Source: Mytilus edulis (taxonomy: Eukaryota). Taken from it: 64,000 bases of DNA. Location: the NCBI RefSeq assembly GCF_963676685.1, contig NC_092351.1, forward strand, positions 44,454,001 through 44,518,000, read 5' to 3'. The position numbers and the translations under genes are program-made. A model generated the notes under the pieces. That model had not been told where the DNA came from. It did not search any database and worked only from the letters and a program-made list of their open reading frames with translations. Positions 48,368-61,055 of the stretch are shown one piece after another (the stretch's first letter is position 1; every line of letters starts with the position of its first letter).

Positions 48368-50086
48368 TTAGTCCTGTTTTCGTTTGACATTCCTTTTTCT
48401 ATGGCATATTAGGGAACAAAGGTTTAAGAAAAGTTTAAAACAGGAAAATCCCAAGACTAGTCCAACTGCGATAAACAGATAAATATCGATCATATAATAA
48501 GAGTACCACAGCATATCTAGTGATGTTGGTCTGAAATGTTGTTTTCCATATCTTATTACCAAGTCTATCCAATAAGCTGCTCTTTGTGACGGTGTTTGTG
48601 GACGACTGTGAAATATTTCAGACGCCACTTTGATTTTGCGTAGGAACGTTTTATTAAACGCTACATTTTCAATTGTTTTAACTAGTTCGTCTATAGAAAA
48701 ATTTAAAATATCCATTGATATTCCATATCCTTTGTCCTCCATAATTGCAGCGTTTGCACCTTGATCGTGAACTATCGGAAACCCTATCATTGGTATGCCA
48801 TGGTAGAGAGCTTCAAAGACGCTGCTCTTTCCACAGTGAGTGATAAATAATTTCGTTTTGACATGCCCAAGTATATCATTCTGTGGTAGCCATGGCAACA
48901 GTAAAATATAACCTTTTTCTTTTTTATCATCTCCATACTGAAATATAAAATTCAAACGTTTTGTCTTTTGAAAGGCTAAAAGAAATGTATTCAACATGTG
49001 TTCAGAGCATGACTTAATTATACTTCCGAATGAAACGATAGCAATGCCTTCTATAAACTTTTTAACAAATGTCTCTATCAAAGAGGTCAAAGGTTGAGCT
49101 GGTTTTGTTCCTAAACCTCCGCACATAATAACATTTGGTGAAGTTAAAAGTGGATAATCAATTAAAAAATCGCCATCAATTATCTGTAGAATAAAGCTAT
49201 TTTTTAGTTCGCTGTTTGATATTAAAGGCTTTTCCGGAACATACTTGCTGACAAGATTTTCAAAAGAAGGCATTGTTGGTTTGATCAGCTGAATAATATA
49301 GGACAGGGAGTTTAAGACACGTTGTGCAAACGTCATTTTGTCTGTAAATCCTGACCATAATGCCGGTGTGGTAACGGGATTAATATACGATTCAGTAAAG
49401 AGTCATAATGTGCACCAATGAAAACAAACGGCAATGAAAGTTTGTAAGCAAGGATTTCATAACATAGAATACCAGGAGCATTGGCAACGATAGCATAGGC
49501 AAACTGTTCAGAAGATAAACGTTGGAAAAGCTCACCATCTGTCATAAAGTTATGACAATGTTTAGATGCTCGTTCCAATATTTGATAAAATGGAAAAGAC
49601 TTTGACCGATTCAATTTCTCAGCTACAACTTGTGTTACTATATCCATTGATATATTATCAAAACTGTTTGCTATCACAGATATTCCACCCATTCGTATCT
49701 TCTTGTCCATAGCGGTTGACAAAACAAATGTTGCTGAGTGGTTGTACGTCTCTAATTCTTTTAAAACGTTTAATACTGGCAAGATGTTACTCCATAATGC
49801 TGGAATTATAAAAACGATTTTTTTTTACCCTCTACATCATAGAGGGGGAATAGGAGGGTCTTGATCCCGAAATCCCGGACTTAAAAAAACGAAATCCCGA
49901 GGTCCCGTATTTAAATAAAGCAAATCCCGACATCCCGAAATCCGAAAAAAAGGATTCCCGGATCCCGAAAGGGTCAATCCCTAAATCCCGAGAGTCCCGA
50001 TAAAGGTCCTATCCCCCCTCATCATAGACGTACAACAAACATATGAGGGTCATTGTTTTAATTAATCTTTGACAATCAAACTTCAT
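48368..50086 (-). pseudogene. UGT: UDP-glycosyltransferase copy 3, disrupted
   Basis: ATG at 50086 behind a cag acceptor (MKFDCQRLIKTMTLICLLYVYD). MITE at 49842-50020 introduces a TAG. A9 run at 49818-49826 is out of frame by one base. Apparent 4-bp deletion near 49383 (CGT ATA TT AAT CCC versus R-T-P-F-N-P). The C-terminal 322 codons remain open with signature, TM helix and KRKQD end. Confidence 0.92.
49842..50020. mobile_element. 179-bp MITE, GAGG...CCTC ends, 6-bp TSD, inserted in the UGT3 signal-peptide region
   Basis: TSD atcata at 49836-49841 and 50021-50026. TIR GAGGGGGAATAGGA / TCCTATCCCCCCTC. Interior of (aa)tcccga repeats. Confidence 0.92.
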
Positions 50087-50397
50087 TCTGGAATACATGT
50101 ATCAAATACAGAGACATTATTTAGAAATGAAACATCGTTATCTTTATATACAGTGTTTTATTTGTCTAAAACATATATAGTCGTAGACGCCTTACGTCTG
50201 CATTTCTTAACAGTTATTTGAAAATAAAAAGACTTCAATTAAGGAAACAGGTCCGGACACACGATGGCAGTTGTAAGCTTTAACTGTTTCACTTGACATG
50301 ATACTTGCCTCAATTAATCTGGCTGGTTATATTCTGCCTATGAATGAACAATTTATAAACAATTCAATGTCTTCATTATAATAATAATAATTATTAT

Positions 50398-50459
<62 letters not shown>
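50398..50459. repeat. (TAG)20 microsatellite
   Basis: Perfect trinucleotide run preceded by short TAA/TTA runs. Confidence 0.97.
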
Positions 50460-50474
50460 CTTAGTATTAATTGT

Positions 50475-51786
50475 TAGGGGACGACCATTTGATATTCTGG
50501 GGGGAGGGGCAGGAGGATTTTGAAAATAAATAACTCAGCCTTGATAATCACAAAAATAAATGGTTTGTAGTTTGAAAATAAATTACCTGACTTGCAATGT
50601 ATTGAAAATAAATAACTCAGCAGGTCTAATCGAAAGTATGAGATGGCACCAGTTTCTCCATAAATCCATCTTTTTTCCCAAATAAAATCGGGAAACACTT
50701 CCCTATTTTTTTAATAATAAAGGTATAAATATTATTCAAATATACTTGAAATGTCTGAAAATTGGTTTCATTTAACTTGAGGTATATTGTTTCATGAAAC
50801 CTTACCTCACTTTTATTTTAACAGGACCGTAACTACATTGAGGCAAATGCCTCATGTAGGAAATTTCAACACCAAACGCTTGTCTCTATATCAAATTGTG
50901 TTCACGGCAATTACCTTGCAAGAAGCAAGTTCTGTTTTCCCTCAGACGTAGCCCTGATTTATCGGGATCAATGTTTCTTATTTATTTGTCTTTTGTTCAT
51001 TGATTTCATTGATTGCCCTTCTGTATTCTGTTAATAGCATGGTTAGTGTTGCATTCCTTTTGTAATCTAGTAATTTTGTTATGAACTTGATCATGAGTTT
51101 AAAAAAACAGCAGCCACAGACTTAACTATGTGAATATTCCATTTTTGCTTTATCTTGTACATTCTGGTCTATTGTTGCCCCTAGAAACTTAAGTCTTACA
51201 CTGAATTTATACATTTTGCTTTGAGACCAAAATATTGTCAAAAAAATTATTAAAACAAAACTTGCAATTTCAGATTATGAAAGGGTCTTCGGAACACCCA
51301 GAAAGCATGATTTTGGATCATTTGTTTTATAGCTTCTTGGGCCTTCAATGGCTCCAAAACCCTTCAAAAACATTTTGCCTCGCTCCGCTCGTCTAAATAT
51401 GTTTCCCAATACTCTTCATAGTGGCTAGTTACACCCAAACTACTTTAATACTATGCATCTATGCAATACATGTATATGCAGTTGGGAATATAAAAGATTC
51501 ATTTCTGTAGAGGAGGAGGATTAATTCTGATTAAATTGTACATAATGACTTGACTATACATGTATTATTTATAATAAACAAATCATTTAAAAATTGTATG
51601 TTTTCAAATATCATAAACATAGTTGTGAAAAATGAATAATCAGTCCCTTGCTTTAATGAAAATGAAAAATCTTGCTTCAATAGTGCAGAAAATTAATAAT
51701 CTGTCCTCTTAGTTACAAAAATGACATGAATAAATAACCGATCAAAAAATCCTCCTGCCCACCCCCCCCCCCCCCCCCCCCAGAAT
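50475..51786. mobile_element. TIR element with G/C-run ends and nested material
   Basis: attctggggggaggggcaggaggatttt at the left end pairs with aaaatcctcctgccc...ccccagaat at the right; internal gaaaataaataactcagc repeats. Confidence 0.55.
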
Positions 51787-53250
51787 AAAGTAGAATTGAT
51801 TTGTTTAGGCTTGAGATTTAAAAGTTCAAAATACGACGGGTAGTACATCTGTGTTAATGACCTAAAACTAGTTAAAGTCAAATGTCTTTTTATATACATG
51901 GGTAAGTTAGAAATTGCGCGACTGAATCGTTCTGTTCAGAAAGTATTAACATTGAAACAACGAGGGTTTAAAATAAACAGAAATAAGTTAAAAGTCGGTC
52001 ATAACTTTTTTATTTACACTGGTTCTTTTTTTTTAACTCATATTTCCCTTTTTGCATCTGTATGTATCTGTATCTTTATATTTTCTGCCAATATAGGCAC
52101 ACCTTCAGTATAAAGTCAATAAAAGTTAACTAGTTATATACCCGACTGTCATGTATCGTGCAGTTGTACCTCATAACTCATGTAACTAGAGCAGCTGACT
52201 TGGGGAAGGCATTTACAGAATGTGGCGTGGTGAAACATGTATTTGAGCGCACATTCCCCCTTTTTTCAAACTGCTGCTGGAATAGTCATCTGACAGCACA
52301 AATTAAGATCAAACTGAAAAAAAAATATTTTGGAAATATGTATATGCTTTTCGTTATGTAGGTTTTTGTCTATACAATGTGTCGGACACCGAAGTGTTTT
52401 TCTTCTGCGCTGGCGCAGTTTCTAATTCTAATCATGATAGTCAAATATTTGAAAGTATTTGATTGTAATTGACTTGATTTGTGCAAAGTAGCCTACAGCA
52501 TAGTGCATTTCATATGCACAACTGCATAGTCCTGACATAGTTTGTTTTCGTTTTGTTTTTTTGTTTTTTTGTTGTTGCTGTTTTGTTTTGTTTTTGTGTT
52601 AACGAAATATAAGTTCATAAAATTCTATTTTATCATAAAGCTTATAAATACTTCAAACTTTGCCATGAAAAACATGCAAGATAAGATAGGATGCATTTAA
52701 AAATAAAAGGGATATTCAACTTCACATTTCGATTTTGAACGAATTTCTACAAACTTAAAGTTCTCGAACTTAGGATACTATGATAATCATGGGATGGTGG
52801 ATTTTTTTTAACTTTAAATGGCAAAAAAAATGGTTTACGTTTAAATTTTTTGGAATTATTATTCCTTTAACTTTGTAAACCAATGATTTGTATTGTAAAA
52901 CTATAAAATCCTTGTGTAAACGTACTAAAATTAATTAATATCATATTACATTTGAGGTTATACCCGGTTTATCATCATGGTAAATTTCTAATTTTTTAAA
53001 ACACTATAGATAATACAAAAATATCCCTGTTCTTAACTATACTTTTGACAATAGTTAGACAAAAATCACAGGTGAAAATGTATCCAAAAATGAAATGAAA
53101 AATAACTGTCCTGAATTTTATTTGTCTAGCGAAAGTTCGGGACCAAACTACCAAGTCTTAGAACTACCCTAAAGGGAGACTACTGTCGATACAAGTTAGC
53201 GGGAAACATAAAAACATTACTTACATAACTCAAGACTTTTTACTCTCGCA

Positions 53251-53349
53251 ATGGTTGAAGGACCTGGCTGTAAGATAAAAGGAGAAAAAATAAAAGGAAA
53301 ACTAAAGGGAAAGATAGTAAAATCAGTTCACGGAAATGCAGTAGATAAG
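53251..53349 (+). CDS. NEIL3: Endonuclease VIII-like 3 DNA glycosylase, coding exon 1
   Basis: MVEGPGCKIKGEKIKGKLKGKIVKSVHGNAVDK: diagnostic NEIL3 N-terminus MVEGPGC...GEKI. Phase-0 GT donor at 53350 (alternative at 53341). Confidence 0.9.
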
Positions 53350-55934
53350 GTTCTCTAAGTTTTGTTGAGATTTTCGAAACTATAAGTTGTTGAAACCTGT
53401 AAACAAACAGACCAATTCTACTCATCTTCACCTTACCATTAAATTATAAGTCACATAAACTAAGTATTAATATACATATAGTAACAAAAATATCCTTATG
53501 TTGCAACGACAGTTTATCAACAAATGGAAGTCCCTATACAGCCCTTACACGGTCGGTAAAAAGTTTATCTTGCGCTTTTTCTCTCTTTTATATGAAGCCG
53601 GTACATGTAGTAATGCACCATATTGCTAATTTGATTTCTGTCAAGCTTGACCTGAGAATCTATCCCACTTGATCTTTTGACGTCGTACAACAATCACTTT
53701 CCCATTGTGGCGTATGATATTTTCTGTTATGACGTCCAATTTTAACAGGAACTTTCGTGATTAACAGTAAATTAATGGCAGACAAATAGCGATTAAGCGT
53801 TTGCCCTTTACCGTCAGGTGTAAAATTGTCATTTTCGGCTACTATTAGCGTCAAAATGGTAAAATTTTACTGTGATTTGTCGAGACATTTATCAGAGGTC
53901 TCAAATGATTATTATATCTCTAACATCCTTTTTGGAAAAAATTAATGTGATTTGTCAAAATCAGTCGATTTTTGTATTGTGTAAAAGAAAGAGTATATTT
54001 TATCATCATGCACCAAAAATAAGGGTTAACTTAATTTGATGATAAATTTTACAGTTATTCGTCATAAAGGTACCCCAGGAACAACCCTCTAATACCACTT
54101 CTTTTTGCGCTTCAAGACCTGATACAAATATGGAAATATATTTTCCATGTAGGGCACATAAATGCTGACATTTAAGAAATAATTACAAGGGTGATTAGGC
54201 TCCAGTACATTTATTAACTAGGGCACCATATGTGAATCATAAGGGCTTACTTATCAAACAAAGAAATTTAATAAAATATCAACTGTTTTAATTTGTCCCA
54301 GATTTTAGTTGTCTTTTGGACCAATGAGACATCTCCATCCAAGTCACGATTTGTAAAAGTAAACTATTATACATTTTTGTACTAGCAGTCAGAGCTCAGA
54401 CATAAATAAGTCTGAATTTGCTTTTGACTCATAGAGGTCTAAATTTGTAAGTTTTAGGATTTGTCTCCCTTTAATGCAAGACAAAATACAACTTTAATAA
54501 GTCAAATATTGTTAAGCAAGAAATAATTGACCAGAATCAAATAGTTGCAAATATCGACTCCTACAAGTCGATAAGTTATCAAAATTGGTTAACTTCAAGA
54601 CCTACGCATATTTATAAAAAGGTCACGCATCTAAATCAAATAATGACAACATTGAAAAACAATGCTTTGTCTTTTAAAGAAAAATATGAATGAGAGTCTA
54701 AAAAATCAAGATAATGTTAAATTAACCTTACAATGCAACCACCTGGAGCCTCACTTAATGAGGTAAAACATCTGTGTTTAGTAATAATGTTCAATTAAAT
54801 AATTAAATATAGATACATGTAGCTCAAGTCCTTGTGAACTCTCAGACAGGTTTTTGCTGTCATAGGTGGTGTACTTTGGCCACCAAGTCAAATTCAGTTT
54901 TTTAATCAACATAAATAGACCTTAACAAGTCTGTCATTTTCTGACTTAGATAAGTCTCAAATTGAAAACACATTCTTATAATAAATACATGTTTTGACTT
55001 AAGCTTCTGTAAGTCAAAAACAAAAATCGACTTGTTTATGTCTGAGCTCTGACTGACTAGAAGGTCAAAGTAAAAATGTGTGGTCTTCAACACAAAGCCT
55101 GGGCCTACACTGAACAGCAAGCTATATAGGGCCCCAAAGATGAACAGTGTAAAACAATTCCAACCTTCTAATCAATCTTCTCTACATGCAAAAATGACAT
55201 GTATATAAAAAAAAAACAGGTAAAACAATACTGAACCACACCAACAAACTATAACCACTGACTAAACTGATGCGGGACGTCACGTCCATACTGCCATGAC
55301 ATCCATTGAATGTATCGGCCACAGGGGTGGATCCAGCCATTTCAAAAAGGGAGGGCTCCAACTAATGTAAACTGTCCTCATTCAAATGCATTGATCGTCC
55401 AAAAAAAAGGGGGTTCCAACCCCTGGAAGAGATGTATTGGCCATAGGACAACATCCTACATGCTTGATACGTTTATTAGATTTGTAAAACAAACTAATGC
55501 ATATCAGATGATTTATCATGTTTATAGAATACAAAATGTATTAATTTTTAATGAAAATTCAGATTAAAAAGTCTTCATTGTTTGTAGTACATGTTATTCT
55601 TCAGTATTTGGAATATTGATTTATATCCCCGCTTTAAAAATGTAAGAGGTATACTGTTTTACTTGTCTGTCTGTCCATCAGTTCATCCATTCATCCAATA
55701 AATATTTTTCGTAATTCACCTTTACCTTGTGATGCAATTTCAGATTTATCACTCAACAACTTCCTGTTTACCGTAGATTTTTAGCGGGCAAGGGTACCAT
55801 TCGTGAGCTACTCACTTGTTACATCATGCATGAAAAATTAGCCTATTTACACATTTGAAAGGGGGTCTAGTTAGGCTAAAAAAAAAAATGTTGTGTTTCC
55901 GATCACCCCCTTGAAATTTTGAAAGGACGGTAGG

Positions 55935-55975
<41 letters not shown>

Positions 55976-56533
55976 ATTATGAAATAAGCTCAAGTTATAT
56001 AAAACTCAATTTCCAGTTACCAGACAAAAGTTTGGGATTTAATAGAAAGAGATTGATTACCCACTTCAAAAATCTCCCTGAGATAACTTTTAGTTTACCC
56101 CTTTTAAAATCCCCCTGAAATAACTTTTAGTTTACCCCCCTTTTTTTTTATAATATTATGAAATAAGCACAAGTTATATAAAACTCAATTTCCAGTTACC
56201 AGACAAAAGTTTGGGATTTAATAGAAAGAGATTGATTACCCACTTTAAAAATCTCCCTGAGATAACTTTTAGTTTACCCCTTTTAAAATCCCCCTGAAAT
56301 AACTTTTAGTTTTATACCCCCTTTTAAAATACCCCTGAAAAAAAACTAAGTCCAAACCTAAAAAAAAATTGGGCAACACTTCCCCTAGGAAATAAGCTTT
56401 TTAAACCCAACTCCCCTATTTCAGGACCAAAAGTTTGGAATTGTTAGAGAAAGAAATTGAGAAGATGTGGGGCAGATTCATTTATAGGAACATGAACCAA
56501 ACATCATCCCAAACCTACAGATAGACAAATATA

Positions 56534-56950
56534 TTATATACACTGTTCCCTGGCAGGACACCTTCTTTTGGCAAAGCATACATGTACGTGGCTTTTCATC
56601 AGAATGTCTAAAGCGTTGATTGGCTGACCAGTTTCAGATGGATTAATATCAGGTTCATTTTGAAGAAGGGTCTGGCATGAAAATTTGAGAAATTTAATTC
56701 CAAAAGATTGCATTGTTCCAACAGTTGTGTTATTGTCATCAATCTCTGTCCAGTCATTTTTGCCGGTGGCCGAGCACAAAATTTGTGTTGTGTATTTTTT
56801 TTCATCGATGTTAGACATTGGATGAATTTCATTGCTAATGTCAAAAAAGGTGTTACTTTCTGTAAAATTTAGAAATATTTTTTTCTCCGCGAAATGGTCA
56901 CACTTTCCGCGTTGAACATTGAATAGGACGCGTTGTGTTGCCATGTTCAA
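56534..56950 (-). pseudogene. Probable truncated N-terminus of the transposon's protein
   Basis: 138-aa ORF with protein-like composition, lying inside the TIR element and ending shortly after INALDILMKS. No catalytic domain follows. Confidence 0.45.
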
Positions 56951-57218
56951 ACACTGACAAACGAAAATAACTACTGCGCATGCTCCTGCATATATAATTA
57001 GCCAAGAAGATTCATTCTAAAAATAAGCCTAGAGTTTAAAATTAGCGTTGTTTTCTTTTGGGGCGATAAAAAGATCGAGGGACTTAGAATTTTTTATTTT
57101 CTTTCAGAAAAAACGGTCGGTAGGTATACAAATTATTTTTTTTCCCACATCAGCTTTAAAAACTTTTGAGTCGGGGGGTCTGAAGGACGGTCGGTCGGGT
57201 GACCGGAAACACAACATT

Positions 57219-59117
57219 TTAAGCTCACCTGTGCCGAAGGGACAAGTGAGCTTATGCCATCACTTGGCGTCCGTCGGCGTCCGTCGGCGTCCGTCGTCTG
57301 TCGTCCGTCGTCTGTCGTGGTAAACTATTTCAAGAATCTTCTCCTCTGAAACTACTGGGCCAAATACTTTCAAACTTTAACTGAATGTTCCTTAGGGTAT
57401 CTAATTTATAAATTGGATCTGAAGTTTTGATCTATCAACAAACATGGTCGCCATTGCTAAAAATAGAACATAGGGGTCAAATGCAGTTTTTGGCTTATAA
57501 CTCAAAAACCAAAGCATTTAGAGCAAATCTGACCGGGGTAATATTGTTTATCAGGTCAAGATCTATTTGCCCTGAAATTTTCAGATGAATCAGACAACCC
57601 GTTGTTGGGTTGCTGCCCCTGAATTGGTAATTTTAAGGAAATTTTGCTGTTTTTGTTTATTATCTTGAATATTATTATAGATAGAGATAAACTGTAAACA
57701 GGAATAATGTTCAGCAAAGTAAGATTTACAAATAAGTCAACATGATGGAAATGGTCAGTTGACCCCTTTAGGAGTTATTGCCCTTTATAGTCAATTTTTA
57801 ACCATTTTTCGTAAATCTTAGTAATCTTTTACAAAAATCTTCTCCTCTGAAACTACTGGGCCAAATACTTCCAAACTTAAATTGAATGTTCCTTAGGGTA
57901 TCTAGTTTGTAAATTGTATCCGAAGTTTTGATCTATCAACAAACATGGTCGCCATTGCTAAAAATAGAACATAGGGGTCAAATGCAGTTTTTGGCTTATA
58001 ACTCAAAAACCAAAGCATTTAGAGCAAATCTGATATGGGGTAATATTGTTTATCAGGTCAAGATCTATCTGCCCTGAAATTTTCAGATGAATCAGACAAC
58101 CTGTTGTTGGGTTGCTGCCCCTGAATTGGTAATTTTAAGGAAATTTTACTGTTTTTGGTTATTATCTTGAATATTATTATAGATAGAGATAAACTGTAAA
58201 CAGGAATAATGTTCAGCAAAGTAAGATTTACAAACAAGTCAACATGACGGAAATGGTCAGTTGACCCCTTTAGGAGTTATTGCCCTTTATAGTCAATTTT
58301 TAACCATTTTTCGTAAATCTTAGTAATCTTTTACAAAAATCTTCTCCTCTAAAACTACTGGGCCAAATACTTCCAAACTTTAACTGAATGTTCCTTAGGG
58401 TATCTAGTTTGTAAATTGTATCCGAAGTTATGATCTATCAACAAACATGGTCGCCATTGCTAAAAATAGAACATAGGGGTCAAATGCAGTTTTTGGCTTA
58501 TAATTCAAAAACCAAAGCATTTAAAGCAAATCTGACGTTGGGTAATATTGTTTATCAGGTCAATTTCTATCTGCCCTGAAATTTTCAGATGAATCAGACA
58601 ACCTGTTGTTGGGTTGCTGCCCCTGAATTGATAATTTTAAGGAAATTTTGCTGTTTTTGTTTATTATCTTGAATATAATTATAGATAGAAATAAACTGTA
58701 AACAGCAATTATGTTCAGCAAAGTAAGATCTTCAATTAAGTCAATTTGACCAAAATTGTCAATTGACCCCTTAAGGAGTTATTGCCCTTTAAAGACTTTT
58801 TTCACAATTTGTTCATCATGTTGACTTACTTTAAAAAATCTTCTCCTTTGAAACTGCTGTATCAATTTCAGCCAAACTTGGGCTAAATGAGTTTCAGAGT
58901 ATCTAGTATAAATTTTATATTTTATTTCCTTGTCAAGAAACATAGCTCCTATGGCTAAAATAGAACATAGGAGAAAATGATTATTTTTTTTGGCTTTTGA
59001 AGAAAATAGGACGATCCAAAAAACATTTAAATAAATTGAAAAGCCAAAATAATCATTGATGAGAGATTTAACCAAAAGAATTAAGGTGAGCGATTCAGGC
59101 TCTTGAGAGCCTCTTGT
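57219..59117. mobile_element. Young HINE-like element with ~502-bp tandem units (three full plus one partial)
   Basis: Hairpin aagctcac...gtgagctt, cgtc-type microsatellite, unit start aatcttctcct recurring at about 57334, 57836, 58337 and 58837, end gagcctcttgt. Inserted in the T-run of the host TIR. Confidence 0.85.
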
Positions 59118-59173
59118 TTTTTTTAGGCCTTACAAAGAAACTAAATATACTAAATTTATCATCCTCATTACAG

Positions 59174-59295
59174 GAGATTAAACCGACTAAAGGTATAACA
59201 ACATCACAGTTCCATCAGCTGATTGGTCGGAGGTTAGATGAAGTACAAACAGTAGGAAAAGAGCTGTTCATGTACTTTGGAGAAATATGTCTAAG
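59174..59295 (+). CDS. NEIL3: NEIL3 coding exon 2
   Basis: ttacag then EIKPTKGITTSQFHQLIGRRLDEVQTVGKELFMYFGEICL(R) then GT. Contains GKELFMYFG with the conserved Lys; phase 0 to 2. Confidence 0.93.
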
Positions 59296-60013
59296 GTTTG
59301 ATTCATTATATTGGAGAAGTTCTTTTAAAGTTTAGGCCAATAAAAAGTAATCTGTGTTTAGGGTTTTTATTTCTAATAAGTAATGGGTTGGTATAGGTTG
59401 TGATTTTTTTAAGTCTCAATCTATAATCATGATAATCTATAATCCATATATAAAATATAATGTTTTTCACCCAGTCCAGTTTTAGTATCAAAAATATGGA
59501 TAATGAAACTTCAACTACTTTTTATTTGTCATTAAACTATCAAGTTGATTTAACAGCAATTCTAGACAAAGGAAGATAACTCCAATTTTTAAAGATGAGG
59601 TTAACAATGACATAATTTTTATTTTTAGAACAGATATTAGATTCCTGCACCTTGCAAAAGTTAGGTAATGTTCTTGACAAGTGTAACATCATTTTGTGCC
59701 TTGAATATCTGAGCATATATTACATCGAAACATTTCTGGAAATGTTTATGGATAGTATGTATAGAATGTTATAGTCAATGCACTTTATAGATGTTTTGTG
59801 TATCAAAAAAGGTAGAGATCAGCTTTGGAACATATAGATAACAAGTCAGTCTAATAAGGTTTTGATTTCATTTCATGCAATCTTTACCTAAAAAGTGAGA
59901 CTTAGGCATGTTGTTTCTGTCATTATACTTTGGTGTATTGATAAGCATTAAAGTTTGTGATAAGATTATTGAGATAACTCAGACATTATCGGCTTAGCAT
60001 ACTTGTACCTCTG

Positions 60014-61045
60014 TTTTTATATGACCGCAAAAATTTTAATTTTTCGTAGTATATTGCTATCACGTTGTCGTCGTCGTCCGAATACTGTTAGTTTTCGCAC
60101 TCTAACTTTAGTATAAGTAAATAGAAATCAGTGAAATTTAAACACAAGGTTTATGACCACAAAAGGAAGGTTGGGATTGATTTTGGGAGTTGAGGTCCCA
60201 ACAGTTTAGGAATTAGGGGCCAAAAAGGGGCCCAAATAAGCATTATTCTTGGTTTTCGCACCATAACTTAAGTATAAGTAAATAGAAATCTATGAAATTT
60301 AAACACAAGGTTTATGACCATTAAAGGAAGGTTGGGTTTGATTTTGGGAGTTTTGGTCCCAACAGTTTAGGAATAAGGGGCCCAAAGGGTCCAAAATTGA
60401 ACTTTGTTTGATTTCATCAAAAATTGAATAATTGGGGTTCTTTGATATTCTTAATCTAACTGTGTATGTAGATTCTTAATTTTTGGTCCAGTTTTCAAAT
60501 TGGTCTACATTAAGGTCCAAAGGGTCCAAAATTAAACTTAGTTTGATTTTAACAAAAATTGAATCCTTGGGGTTCTTTAATATGTTGAATCTAAAAATGT
60601 ACTTAGATTTTTGTTTATGGGCCCAGTTTTCAAGTTGGTTCAAATCAGGATCCAAAATTATTATATTAAGTATTGTGCAATAGCAAGAAATTTTCAATTG
60701 CACAGTATTCAGCAATAGCTAGAAATCTTCAATTGCACAGTATTGTGCAATAGCAAGAAATTTTCAATTGCTCAGTATTGTGCAATAGCAAGAAATCTTC
60801 AATTGCACAGTATTGTGCAATAGCAAATATTTTCAATTGCACAGTATTGCGCAATAGCCAGAAATATCTAATTGTGCAATAGCAAGAAATTTTCAATTGA
60901 TTGGAGTTATCTTTCTTTGTCCAGAATAGTAGTTGAGTCAACTTTAATCATTGTTTTATACAATATACAATGTATATTCACTTTTACTACCAACTGATAA
61001 ATTAAAACAATCTTTACCATTCAGTGATAACAAGCACCTTATGTT
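60014..61045. mobile_element. HINE-like element with ~178-bp duplicated units and a ~35-bp palindromic mini-array, in NEIL3 intron 2
   Basis: T-run/hairpin start, (gtc)n, duplicated taagtaaatagaaatc...ccaacagtttaggaat units, and attgtgcaatagcaagaaattttcaattgcacagt repeated about 6 times at 60670-60900. Confidence 0.7.
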
Positions 61046-61055
61046 TTTTTTACAG

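Larger units (their letters stand above)
55874..59129 (-). mobile_element. TIR DNA transposon remnant (GG ends, TTA TSD; Zator- or Harbinger-like) in NEIL3 intron 1
   Basis: tta-GGCTAAAAAAAAAAATGTTGTGTTTCCG...CGGAAACACAACATTTT[HINE insertion]TTTTAGGCC-tta. Holds ORF 56534-56950 and an internal ~178-bp tandem duplication (about 55965-56320). Confidence 0.7.

Noticed and set aside
49826-50035. Rescue of UGT3 by splicing out the MITE as a new intron
   Set aside because: Nearby donors (GTACGT, GTCTAT) with the TAG or GAG acceptors all gave a stop or the wrong frame, and the downstream 4-bp deletion would remain.
60670-60900. Palindromic ~35-bp repeat array resembling CRISPR
   Set aside because: No unique spacers; it is the internal array of a HINE-like element.
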